This document shows, in pieces, positions 7,173 through 16,090 of a stretch of 20,307 nt of DNA. Every line of letters starts with the position of its first letter. Within the stretch, counting starts at the first letter, position 1. The position numbers were made by a program, and so were the translations under genes. Origin of the DNA: a virus (taxonomy: Duplodnaviria; Heunggongvirae; Uroviricota; Caudoviricetes); IMG/VR virus record IMGVR_UViG_3300028602_000006. One strand, given 5' to 3'. The notes beneath the pieces were generated by a model that was given only the letters and a program-made list of their open reading frames with translations, did not search any database and was not told where the DNA came from.

Positions 7173-9614
7173 ATGTCCATTAAGGCTTTGCAAGAGTATA
7201 CACGTTTTTCAAAATACGCAAGATATAATTTTGATGCAGGACGAAGAGAATCTTGGGAGGAGCAAGTGGATAGGGTCTTCAATATGCATCGTGAGAGATT
7301 CGGAGATGAAATAATTTCATTAATTCAGGATGATTTTGAGTTTGCCAAAAAAATGGTAATACAAAAGAGAGTCCTTGGCTCGCAAAGGGCGCTTCAGTTT
7401 GGTGGTAAACCAATTTTAACGAAAAATGATAGGATTTATAATTGTTCTGCGTCGTATTGTGACCGTCCACGATTTTTCCAAGAATGCATGTATCTCTTAC
7501 TATGCGGATGCGGAACTGGGTTTTCAGTTCAAAAAGAACATGTAGCTAAATTACCCCCTCTTATTAAAGAAAAAAGTAACGGGATTAAAGTATTTAAGAT
7601 CGCAGATGACATTGAGGGATGGGCGGACTCTATCGGCGTATTGGTTTCATCTTATTTTGATAGTGATTCGACTCCGTTCCCAGAATATAAAGGCTATAAA
7701 GTTGAATTCGATGTGTCGGCTATTCGTCCACAAGGATCTCCGATCTCTTCTGGCAGCAAGGCTCCGGGTCCTGAGCCTCTTTATCAAGCTTTGGTGAAGA
7801 TTGATCATTTATTGGATAAAACAAGTAAAAAGAAAGATAAACTTGATCCCATAGATGCATATGATGTTGTTATGTATGCATCTGATGCTGTTCTTTCAGG
7901 AGGCGTTAGACGCAGCGCTACGATTTCTATATTTTCTGCTGATGATGAAGATATGCTTAAGGCTAAAACGGGGTCATGGTTTATAGAGAACAAACAACGA
8001 AGTCGCTCTAATAATTCTGTATTGTTAATTAGAGACGAGACGAATAAAGATGATTTTTTAAAAATTATAGAGGCCGTCAAGGAATATGGCGAGCCTGGAT
8101 TTATATGGGCAGATAACAAGGACTTTTTGGTAAATCCCTGTGCTGAGATTTCATTCTTTGCAAAGATGGAAATAACAAGAGATAATAAGAATGAATTTCT
8201 AGATGAGATAAGAATGCAAGGGGATGACAAATTTTTATCTGGATGGGGCTACTGTAATTTATGCGAGATAAATGTAAAGAAAGCTAAAACAGAGTCTGAA
8301 TTTTTGGATGCCTGTAGAGCTTCTGCTATTTTAGGAACATTGCAGGCGGGATATACTACATTTAATTATCTTGGACGGGTTTCAGAGGAAATTTGTCGTA
8401 GCGAAGCTCTTTTAGGAGTATCTATGACGGGTATGGCTGATAATCCAGAGATCGCTTTTGATCCTAAACTTCAAAGAAAGGGAGCTAAACTCATTCTTGA
8501 AGTAAATGAGCGCATATCAAAAATAATAGGGATCAACCCTAGCGCTAGGACTACTTGCGTAAAGCCAGCGGGATCTAGCAGTTGCATTTTAGGAACTGCT
8601 TCCGGTATTCATCCGCATCACGCTAAACGCTATTTTCGTAGAGTTCAAGCAAATAAGATTGAAGTTCCGCTTCAGTATTTTGAAAAATTCAATCCGATGG
8701 CAGTTGAACAATCCGTATGGAACCATAACGATAAAATTATTTCCTTTCTTTGCGAAGTTCCTGATGGAGCTAAGACCAAGAACTCTATGAATGCAATTGC
8801 GATGCTCGATCTCGTTAAGTTAACTCAGCAAAATTGGGTAGAGTCGGGTGTGAGGTTAGAACGATGTCTTCAGCCATGGTTAAGGCATAATGTTTCTAAT
8901 ACTATTAACATAAGGCCGGAAGAGTGGGATGATGTCGGTGAGTATATTTACAAGAATAGAAAATGGTTTACCGGGATTTCCATGCTGCCGATGTCTGGAG
9001 ATAAAGATTATCCACAGGCTCCATTTTGCGCAGTTTACACACCATCTGAGATTGTCAAAGAGTATGGCGATGGGAGTATAATGGCTAGCGGATTAATTGT
9101 TGATGGCTTAAGAGTTTTTAAGAATGATTTATTTGCTGCCTGTGATTGTGCGTTGGGGATTGGAGAGATCATAGACGTAGATTCCCTTCGAAGCAAGATA
9201 GAAAGGGATTGTGAAACAAATGGTTCTCAATGGAAGAAGGAGGGTCTCTCCGGGTCTTCACCAGAGAAACTACTTAAGGCTTGGCTGCAGAGCGAAGTTG
9301 AAAATTATAGAGGTAAATCTGACTGGGTGAGAAGGGCTAGGCAATTTGCTAATCGTTATTTTGGCGGTGACATTAAAAAAATGACTTATTGTTTGAAGGA
9401 TGTAACAAATTGGAAGTTGTGGTGCGATTTACATAGAGAATATGTAGCTATCGATTGGTCGCAATGTTTTGAAGATGACGATGGTAATTTGGAATTTGGA
9501 GGGGCTGGAAGCGCATGTTCTGGAGGCGCATGTGATCTTGGAGATCTCGGATTGGCGATAGCGCAACATAAAGAAGATAAGAAGACATCTGGAAAATCAT
9601 TACTGGAAACCTAA
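7173..9614 (+). CDS. nrdJ: Class II adenosylcobalamin-dependent ribonucleotide reductase (monomeric RTPR-like)
   Basis: YNCS, VRRSA, NPCAEI (thiyl Cys), CNLCEIN, TCVKPAGS, C-terminal ACSGGAC redox pair. No class I YY pair and no nrdB in the window. Confidence 0.85.
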   Translation: MSIKALQEYTRFSKYARYNFDAGRRESWEEQVDRVFNMHRERFGDEIISLIQDDFEFAKKMVIQKRVLGSQRALQFGGKPILTKNDRIYNCSASYCDRPRFFQECMYLLLCGCGTGFSVQKEHVAKLPPLIKEKSNGIKVFKIADDIEGWADSIGVLVSSYFDSDSTPFPEYKGYKVEFDVSAIRPQGSPISSGSKAPGPEPLYQALVKIDHLLDKTSKKKDKLDPIDAYDVVMYASDAVLSGGVRRSATISIFSADDEDMLKAKTGSWFIENKQRSRSNNSVLLIRDETNKDDFLKIIEAVKEYGEPGFIWADNKDFLVNPCAEISFFAKMEITRDNKNEFLDEIRMQGDDKFLSGWGYCNLCEINVKKAKTESEFLDACRASAILGTLQAGYTTFNYLGRVSEEICRSEALLGVSMTGMADNPEIAFDPKLQRKGAKLILEVNERISKIIGINPSARTTCVKPAGSSSCILGTASGIHPHHAKRYFRRVQANKIEVPLQYFEKFNPMAVEQSVWNHNDKIISFLCEVPDGAKTKNSMNAIAMLDLVKLTQQNWVESGVRLERCLQPWLRHNVSNTINIRPEEWDDVGEYIYKNRKWFTGISMLPMSGDKDYPQAPFCAVYTPSEIVKEYGDGSIMASGLIVDGLRVFKNDLFAACDCALGIGEIIDVDSLRSKIERDCETNGSQWKKEGLSGSSPEKLLKAWLQSEVENYRGKSDWVRRARQFANRYFGGDIKKMTYCLKDVTNWKLWCDLHREYVAIDWSQCFEDDDGNLEFGGAGSACSGGACDLGDLGLAIAQHKEDKKTSGKSLLET

Positions 9615-9638
9615 AGCTTTTAACAGTCAAACAAGGTC

Positions 9639-9676
9639 AAAGGCGTATCTATTGGGAATAAATAGATACGCTTTTT
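9639..9676 (+). terminator. Rho-independent terminator after nrdJ
   Basis: GCGTATCTATT / AATAGATACGC 11-bp stem, 7-nt loop, followed by TTTTT. Confidence 0.85.
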
Positions 9677-9703
9677 CTGTGTATAAACATGTATAATGTG
9701 ATT

Positions 9704-10978
9704 ATGAAACTAAGACTATATAATATAAATAATAAATACGCTTTTTCTTTAGACGGATTTTCTTCTTTGCATCACTACGGTTTGATTCCGGAAGTTAAAC
9801 CTTTTTATCCTTACGCTTGGCAAGCTCTCATTGAGGCGAAGCGTATAGCAAATGACAAACCGTATCATGTTAGGATGTTACAAGCTACAGTTGAGGATTT
9901 GTCAAAACCTGTTGAGTCTGATACTCCTGCTGAAGAATTGTTAATTAATCATTATGAGCATATGTTAAGAGAAATGTCAAAAAATGTTGTTGGGATAGAT
10001 GATAATTCTGAAGAAGAAAAAAAAATAACATATATGATGGTTAAATCTCAGGTTGAAGATTTATTACATGTAAAAGAAGAACTTGGAGAAAAGTACGAAG
10101 TAAGGATAAATAAACTTGTTGATGGATATCGTAAGATTGTTGATAGGCACTTTAGAGATTATTTAAATATAGACCGTAAAGAAAAAGAAAAGGCATCAGC
10201 CCCATCTATCCCCAATATGCCTCAAGTCCCTTTAGAGCCGGGCCAACCCTCTGAAGAAAATTTAACTATGGCCTCGTCTAAGAGATGTGTGTTAAACGAA
10301 GAAGAAATTCATGAGCTTCTTGAGCATTATGCGATTAAAGCATGTGAAGCGGTTTCTCGTCATCATCCAGATATTATACCTAAAGTTGATCCTCAAAATA
10401 GATTCGCTACTCTTATTGGGCTAGATAAAGGCAAAGCTATTCTGAAGATCTATGTCAATGAGAGTTGTAATATAAACAATATTGTTTCTGATAGAGATTT
10501 AGCAGAAATGTTCCCGTCTAATTCGCCTAAATTTTATCAACGGTATTGGAAACCAATTGTTGAGTCAATAGGACATTTTTTCTTGGATGAATTAGATGCT
10601 TTAATTATTCCAGAGATGTCAGCACTTCCGGATATGCCGAATGGAGATGGTAGTTTTGATATGCGGGGATGGAACCCATATGAAATTGAGGAAGTTCCAA
10701 TTAATCTTTCATTTAAGAAAGAGTGTCCTGCATGGGTCATAGCCTCCGGCGAGAAGATGAATAGAATGGCGGGTAAATATACAGAAGAAGATTTTTTGCG
10801 CAATCAGCCGACAAGAGTTCGCTGTATTGACGAAAATCTCGATTTATTTGGTAAAATTGGGGAAGTTGTTCAAATTGTCCCCATTAATGAAGCTTTGGGT
10901 TTTGAAGTTGACGTTAACTTTGGTAGAAAGATTGTGCGTTTGACGCAAGATCAACTGGAAATATTGAATGGCATATAA
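9704..10978 (+). CDS. Hypothetical protein with C-terminal SH3/KOW-like domain
   Basis: Start likely ATG 9704 (GTATAAT 6 nt upstream, leaderless). C-terminus RVRCID..FGKIGEVVQI...VDVNFG..IVRL...QLEIL fits a KOW/SH3 barrel. Confidence 0.75.
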   Translation: MKLRLYNINNKYAFSLDGFSSLHHYGLIPEVKPFYPYAWQALIEAKRIANDKPYHVRMLQATVEDLSKPVESDTPAEELLINHYEHMLREMSKNVVGIDDNSEEEKKITYMMVKSQVEDLLHVKEELGEKYEVRINKLVDGYRKIVDRHFRDYLNIDRKEKEKASAPSIPNMPQVPLEPGQPSEENLTMASSKRCVLNEEEIHELLEHYAIKACEAVSRHHPDIIPKVDPQNRFATLIGLDKGKAILKIYVNESCNINNIVSDRDLAEMFPSNSPKFYQRYWKPIVESIGHFFLDELDALIIPEMSALPDMPNGDGSFDMRGWNPYEIEEVPINLSFKKECPAWVIASGEKMNRMAGKYTEEDFLRNQPTRVRCIDENLDLFGKIGEVVQIVPINEALGFEVDVNFGRKIVRLTQDQLEILNGI

Positions 10979-11840
10979 ATTATCGAAAAAAATATTTGGA
11001 ACTAAAAATTTTCAAACCATATCCCAATTTGAAGCAGACAGTCCTATTGCCGATTGTTGCTGGGTTGATGGGTTAGGTTTAGTTTATTCTTCCGGTCAAA
11101 TTCTTGGGTTAATCTCTCCCGATGGGACGGATACATCCCCATGGAAAGGTAAGTGTTGCTCTAAAAAAGTTTTGAAAGGTACGGCTCCTGTTTTCGGTTC
11201 GCTATATGGGCTTCATTATCATCCTATATTAAAAACAATTTTTGTTACAGAGGATGGAGGCAGGAGCGTTAGGGCAATAGATATAGATAATAATTATACA
11301 ACACCAATGATAAACGGCAAGGTGAAACTTGATCTTGAAAGGCTATTGTCAAAATCACCCTTTGATTCTCCATCTTATGTATATGCAGTCGGGAAAAATA
11401 AATTTTATCTTTTGATTTCTTCTATTAAAAAATGTTTTTATTTTGATGGGAATAGTTTGGAGCATATAGCGGGAGATGGGAAGTGCCGTTATTCGATAGG
11501 AAATAGAGCAACTGCTACGTCAATTGGGATGCCATCTGGGTTAACAGGATATAAAGACCGAATTTATATGGCAGATTCGTTTAAGAATGTCATAAGAGAA
11601 TTTAAAGGAAGTAATCTTTCGCTATTTTGGGGACATCCCAATCGATCCGATATTGAGATTCCATTTAAGATATTGGTTCAAAAAAATATACTTTATACAG
11701 CATGTAGAAACGGCATATATTCTTGTATTTTTGGGTCAGAGAAAGAAAACAAAGAGCCTCTTTATAATTCTCGGAATATTGTTGGAATTGCATCAGATGA
11801 AAAGAATAGTTTATATATAGTCGAGGAAGAAAATGCCTAG
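10968..11840 (+). CDS. NHL-repeat beta-propeller protein
   Basis: IFVTEDGGRSVRAID; HIAGDG..ATATSIGMPSGL....RIYMADSFKNVIREF. Overlaps both neighbours. Confidence 0.75.
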   Translation: MAYKLSKKIFGTKNFQTISQFEADSPIADCCWVDGLGLVYSSGQILGLISPDGTDTSPWKGKCCSKKVLKGTAPVFGSLYGLHYHPILKTIFVTEDGGRSVRAIDIDNNYTTPMINGKVKLDLERLLSKSPFDSPSYVYAVGKNKFYLLISSIKKCFYFDGNSLEHIAGDGKCRYSIGNRATATSIGMPSGLTGYKDRIYMADSFKNVIREFKGSNLSLFWGHPNRSDIEIPFKILVQKNILYTACRNGIYSCIFGSEKENKEPLYNSRNIVGIASDEKNSLYIVEEENA

Positions 11841-13698
11841 GGTGAAACCAACAGAAGAAATTAAGCATAGCCCATTATTTGAGGCTATTCGTAAAATCGA
11901 AATGGATAATCCAGATATTGTGGATAAGGATGAACGTTATAAGATCGTAGATATTATGACTTTTTGTACCGATCCTAAGTATTTAGGTATTTCATATAAT
12001 GATAGCCCGGAAGAAAAGGAAAAAGAAAAAATAGAACCTGGAGATAAAGAATTTGATGCAAATGATGTAGAATTTAGGATTTTCCCGGGTCAGGCAGTTA
12101 TATTGAAGTCTTTTTATAAAGGCACAATGGGTAATGAAAACATTAAATTGTCTCAATATGAGTGGGAGTGGCTATATGAACGGGAAGATAGTATAGAACT
12201 TGACGGAATTATATATGAACGTAATATGAGAGATGTAATTCGAAAATTACACGAAAAGGAAAAGGAAGAGAAATATAAACCATTTACCCAATTAGTACTT
12301 GTGCTTGGACGCCGAGGCTCAAAAACCTTTTTAGCTTCTATAATTACAGCCTATGAAGCATATAAACTGTTGGTTATTAATAATGGCGATCCTCACAAAT
12401 ATTACAATTTGCCTGAGGATGATGAAATCGCAATTATTAATGTTGCCTTGTCTCAAAAGCAGGCGGGTCGTCTATTCGGACAGGTTCAATCAAGAATAAG
12501 AAATTCTCCGTTTTTTAAAGGGCGAGTCGCCAAAGAAACTTCTGATACAATTCGCTTATATACGGATAGGGATTTACAAAAGAAACATAGTGGATCTACA
12601 TTAAGTATTCCGGGGTCGATTCTTTTACTTTGCGGGCATAGTAACCCAGATTCCCTTGCTGGATATAGCGCTATTTTAATTCTTTTCGATGAGATTGCGT
12701 TCTATGATGAGAGTGGTAAAGTTACGGGGAAATATTTTGTGAATCGTCTTAAACCGTCCTTATCAAAATTTTATAAGTATAAGGCGGGTAAAGTAGTAAT
12801 GATTTCATCTCCGAATGTAAAAAATGGAGCGTTCTATGAAGCATTTATGGAGGCAACATCTTCCAATAACGAAATTTCTGAGCGTTCTTTATCTTTTCAC
12901 CTTCCAACATGGGACATAAATTTAGATGTTCCATATAGCGAACCGGAATTACTTAAGGAGAGGCAAGCCAATCCTGAAATGTTTGCTGTTGAGTATGGTG
13001 CGCAATGGGCTGAGGGCGGAAGCTATGGAAATTACTTTGAGGAGGCCGCTATAGATCGTTGCTTGAGGCTTGATATTGGTCCACATATGCGTCCTCAGCC
13101 TAGAACGAACTACTATATCCATGTTGACCCTGCAAAGAAGAGCAATAACTACACTGCTGTGATGGTTGGGAAACAACGATATGTTACCCCTCAAGGACAA
13201 AAGCGAACTAAGTGCGTATTGGCGGGGGTATGGTTATGGAAACCTAGCCCGGGCTTAGGTCTTCTTTTCGAGAGTATAGATATGGAATTAATAAAGATTT
13301 GTTCGATTTTTCATCCTATGTCCGTAACTTACGACGATTATCACTCTGTACATAGCGTTCAGAGACTTAGGGGGCATGGGATTAATTGTCATCAAATTTC
13401 TTTTAATGACAGGGTTAAATGTAAAGTTTATCAAAACCTTAGAAATATGATGCTATATCAACCGGAGCCGGAGATACTTTTGTATGATAACAGCGCAGAG
13501 ACCAATTTACTTATCGCAGAATTAAAGGAATTAAAGTTCAAAAAAACGAAGAGAGGATATTCAATACTTCCAGATAAAAATGGAGATGTGGCTACAGACG
13601 ATTTAGCAGATTGTTTGGCTGGAGCTACTTCCGCCGCCAATGAGGGGTTAAGGGCGGCGTTGCCTGCTCCTACAATTGTTCGGACGGGTTGGATATAA
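11833..13698 (+). CDS. terL: Phage terminase large subunit
   Basis: Walker A LGRRGSKT, Walker B ILFDEIA, motif III ISSP, RNase H-like nuclease HVDPA...YDDY...DDLADC. Confidence 0.93.
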   Translation: MPRVKPTEEIKHSPLFEAIRKIEMDNPDIVDKDERYKIVDIMTFCTDPKYLGISYNDSPEEKEKEKIEPGDKEFDANDVEFRIFPGQAVILKSFYKGTMGNENIKLSQYEWEWLYEREDSIELDGIIYERNMRDVIRKLHEKEKEEKYKPFTQLVLVLGRRGSKTFLASIITAYEAYKLLVINNGDPHKYYNLPEDDEIAIINVALSQKQAGRLFGQVQSRIRNSPFFKGRVAKETSDTIRLYTDRDLQKKHSGSTLSIPGSILLLCGHSNPDSLAGYSAILILFDEIAFYDESGKVTGKYFVNRLKPSLSKFYKYKAGKVVMISSPNVKNGAFYEAFMEATSSNNEISERSLSFHLPTWDINLDVPYSEPELLKERQANPEMFAVEYGAQWAEGGSYGNYFEEAAIDRCLRLDIGPHMRPQPRTNYYIHVDPAKKSNNYTAVMVGKQRYVTPQGQKRTKCVLAGVWLWKPSPGLGLLFESIDMELIKICSIFHPMSVTYDDYHSVHSVQRLRGHGINCHQISFNDRVKCKVYQNLRNMMLYQPEPEILLYDNSAETNLLIAELKELKFKKTKRGYSILPDKNGDVATDDLADCLAGATSAANEGLRAALPAPTIVRTGWI

Positions 13699-13705
13699 AA
13701 AAGAA

Positions 13706-13736
13706 AGGATTTTTTCTTTTTAATAGAGAAAAAAAT
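13706..13736 (+). promoter_or_regulatory. Promoter motif AGGA-N18-GAAA
   Basis: Exact spacing match; intergenic, upstream of 13772. Confidence 0.5.
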
Positions 13737-13771
13737 AAGAGGAATATTTTTACATTATGAGGAGAACAATT

Positions 13772-14947
13772 ATGAAGTTCAATTTAACATCTTATGCTTC
13801 AAAAGCCAAAGAAGGCGATATACACAATGAAAAAAAGCTTCAGAGAGATCATATCGCATCGCCAGAATCTATTACGCAAGTTCAATTAGAAAAGGATCGA
13901 GTTCCTGAAAAGGAAGTAATAATCGAAAAACTTTTAGATCAAAAGAGATTAGGCGGAGCAGATAAAATTATTGAAAAGAATCTTAATGATTCAAAAAGTT
14001 CCTTACATAAACATCGTAATGCTAAGGCTTATTCTGGGGATATTAATAAAATTGAAGAGCAGCGAGTTTCAAATAATAAAGATAAGTTTGAGAAGGCTAA
14101 ACCGGCATCATCTACTCCGTCCAAAAAAAGATGGTGGGATGATCTTAAAGCTAGCTCAAAGAAAAAGGTTGTTACGGCGCAGGCTGAAGAGGTCGAAGAA
14201 ATGACTTTCGATGAGGACACTGGATGGGGTAGAATGGAAGGTTTATGGAATGAGGAAGAAGGGCTTTCGGATACTGGAATTAAATCTTTGCCGGAAGATG
14301 CATTAGTTGAGGAATTAGGGGCAGATCCGCTTACTGTTGTTGAAATTCGTCCCGTTGATTCTCCTATTGCGAAGGGACTTTATATTGTGCTTGATATTAA
14401 TGCGGAAGGCAGCCAAATGGGTCTTGATGAACTGCAAGAAGCGGCTTATAATAAAGTTTTAAGTTCAGGATTCGGATATTTAGCCGATACTGAGGGCTTC
14501 ACTCCTGATAGTTTTGGACAACAAGGGGATCAAATGGTCGCTCGTTTAATCGGCGATGAATATTGTCCTCGTGAGACGGCAGATGGTGATGACCTTGGCA
14601 CAGAAAATCCATTTAGCGTATCTGACTTGCAGAGAACAGAAGTAGAGGGCGTTGTTCTTGGAACGGTTGCAGTTGATGCAGAAATGATGGAAATGATAAA
14701 AGATATGGACGATAGCGAGATCATACGAAATGTAAAGGATGCCATTGCAGAAGCGCATAGCGATGTTAATGTCGAGGATGATGGTATTGATCTTGATCAG
14801 CTACCGCAAGGCGTTATTAATTTTGTTGGGCAGGCTGCAGTAGATAAAGGCGGTAGGCCAGAGAGTTGGGAAAATGTTAAGGGCGCACCTATTGCCTCTA
14901 GTGATTTTGACATAGTTGTACTGTCTGAAGTCACAAAAAAAAATTAG
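13772..14947 (+). CDS. Hypothetical (likely virion) protein: basic N-terminal 16-aa repeats and acidic C-terminal half; ends on a slippery A9
   Basis: Start moved to ATG 13772 (SD GAGGAG, 7-nt spacer). Ends ACA AAA AAA AAT TAG. Confidence 0.85.
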   Translation: MKFNLTSYASKAKEGDIHNEKKLQRDHIASPESITQVQLEKDRVPEKEVIIEKLLDQKRLGGADKIIEKNLNDSKSSLHKHRNAKAYSGDINKIEEQRVSNNKDKFEKAKPASSTPSKKRWWDDLKASSKKKVVTAQAEEVEEMTFDEDTGWGRMEGLWNEEEGLSDTGIKSLPEDALVEELGADPLTVVEIRPVDSPIAKGLYIVLDINAEGSQMGLDELQEAAYNKVLSSGFGYLADTEGFTPDSFGQQGDQMVARLIGDEYCPRETADGDDLGTENPFSVSDLQRTEVEGVVLGTVAVDAEMMEMIKDMDDSEIIRNVKDAIAEAHSDVNVEDDGIDLDQLPQGVINFVGQAAVDKGGRPESWENVKGAPIASSDFDIVVLSEVTKKN

Positions 14948-15147
14948 ATCCTGATCGAATTAATAAAATAACTCAAACTTTCCTAAAGCATTTTGATGAA
15001 AATGATTTAGAGAGAGCAAACAATGAGCTTCAAGAAACGCTTTCTTTTTGCGAATTGAATGCCAAAGATCGCAGTAAAGTTATTAGCCATATCCGTAAAG
15101 AACTTTCTAAGAAAAATATATCATTAGATTATCTTGATAGTTATTAA
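14935..15147 (+). CDS. -1 frame extension (67 aa after the A-run) of the 13772 protein, reached by frameshift
   Basis: Frame open from 14929 (TGA at 14926) to TAA 15145-15147, no ATG. LDPDRINKITQTFLKHFDENDLERANNELQETLSFCELNAKDRSKVISHIRKELSKKNISLDYLDSY. Confidence 0.65.
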   Translation, partial: KKKLDPDRINKITQTFLKHFDENDLERANNELQETLSFCELNAKDRSKVISHIRKELSKKNISLDYLDSY

Positions 15148-15199
15148 TTTTTGTATTAATTTTGTTGTATAATACATTGAAACAAAAAAGGAGAGTATC

Positions 15200-16069
15200 A
15201 TGAGAGTTACAATTAAAGGGATAACACCATCGACTATCGCATTTAATACGCTGGGCATTGTCATAAGGGGAGACAGTAAAAATTTAAAACTGTATCCCGA
15301 AAGTTACGCCAAACATATTGACATTGTTAATGAAGCTCAGTTAGCAGAAGTTAATTCATTGGTTAATGCTAGATTAATTACTATCGAGGTTGAAGATGCT
15401 CCTAAGCCCAAACCAAATCCAGTCTCGCCGGATAGGTTAGCTGCCATAGTTAGCCCGGAGCCAGTCCAAGAAAATGAATCGGCTAAGACTTTGCCAAAAA
15501 CTGATACCGAGGAGGAAGAAGTTGAAGATGCTCCTCGTAAAGGTAGAGGCCGTCCGAAGGGTTCTAAAAATAAGAACTCCCCTAAAAGTTCAAAAATAAC
15601 CTCTGTCAAGAAAGTTAAAAAGGCATCTGCGGAGATGGAACGTAAAGATGATCCAGAGTCGAGATCTATTGTTATGACTCCTAATGGAGCGGTAGAGGGT
15701 AGGGTTACACGCAGCGTCGTTGGTGACATCCCAGATGGAGATAGGACGCAAGCTTCTTTAGACGCTTTGAAAAAGTTAGAAGAGGAAGAAGAATTAGATG
15801 GCAGTCTTCCTGATATTGAAATAGATGAGTCTACCCTTGATCCATCAGAGAGAATGGGTATGGAAGCGGTTATATCTGCGGGTGAAAATGGCGCAGAAAA
15901 AGTTGAAATGAAAAATTCAATCATTCCAGAGGCCAGTCAGATTAGAGAGCGAGGCGTCGAATTTATAGATCAAGCCGACAAAGACGCAGACGAAAAGGCA
16001 AGAAAGTTATCTATCAGTAAAAAAGCTAAAACTGATGACGATGATGAGTTTGACTTCTTAGAGTGTTAA
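15200..16069 (+). CDS. AT-hook DNA-binding protein with acidic tail (HMGA-like segment)
   Basis: SD AAGGAG; PRKGRGRPKGSKNKNSP; C-terminal DDDDEFDFLEC. Confidence 0.8.
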   Translation: MRVTIKGITPSTIAFNTLGIVIRGDSKNLKLYPESYAKHIDIVNEAQLAEVNSLVNARLITIEVEDAPKPKPNPVSPDRLAAIVSPEPVQENESAKTLPKTDTEEEEVEDAPRKGRGRPKGSKNKNSPKSSKITSVKKVKKASAEMERKDDPESRSIVMTPNGAVEGRVTRSVVGDIPDGDRTQASLDALKKLEEEEELDGSLPDIEIDESTLDPSERMGMEAVISAGENGAEKVEMKNSIIPEASQIRERGVEFIDQADKDADEKARKLSISKKAKTDDDDEFDFLEC

Positions 16070-16090
16070 GAGGAATTTACAGGAGATACA

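Noticed and set aside
15337-15924. 195-aa minus-strand Ser-rich ORF
   Set aside because: Antisense shadow of the acidic AT-hook gene.
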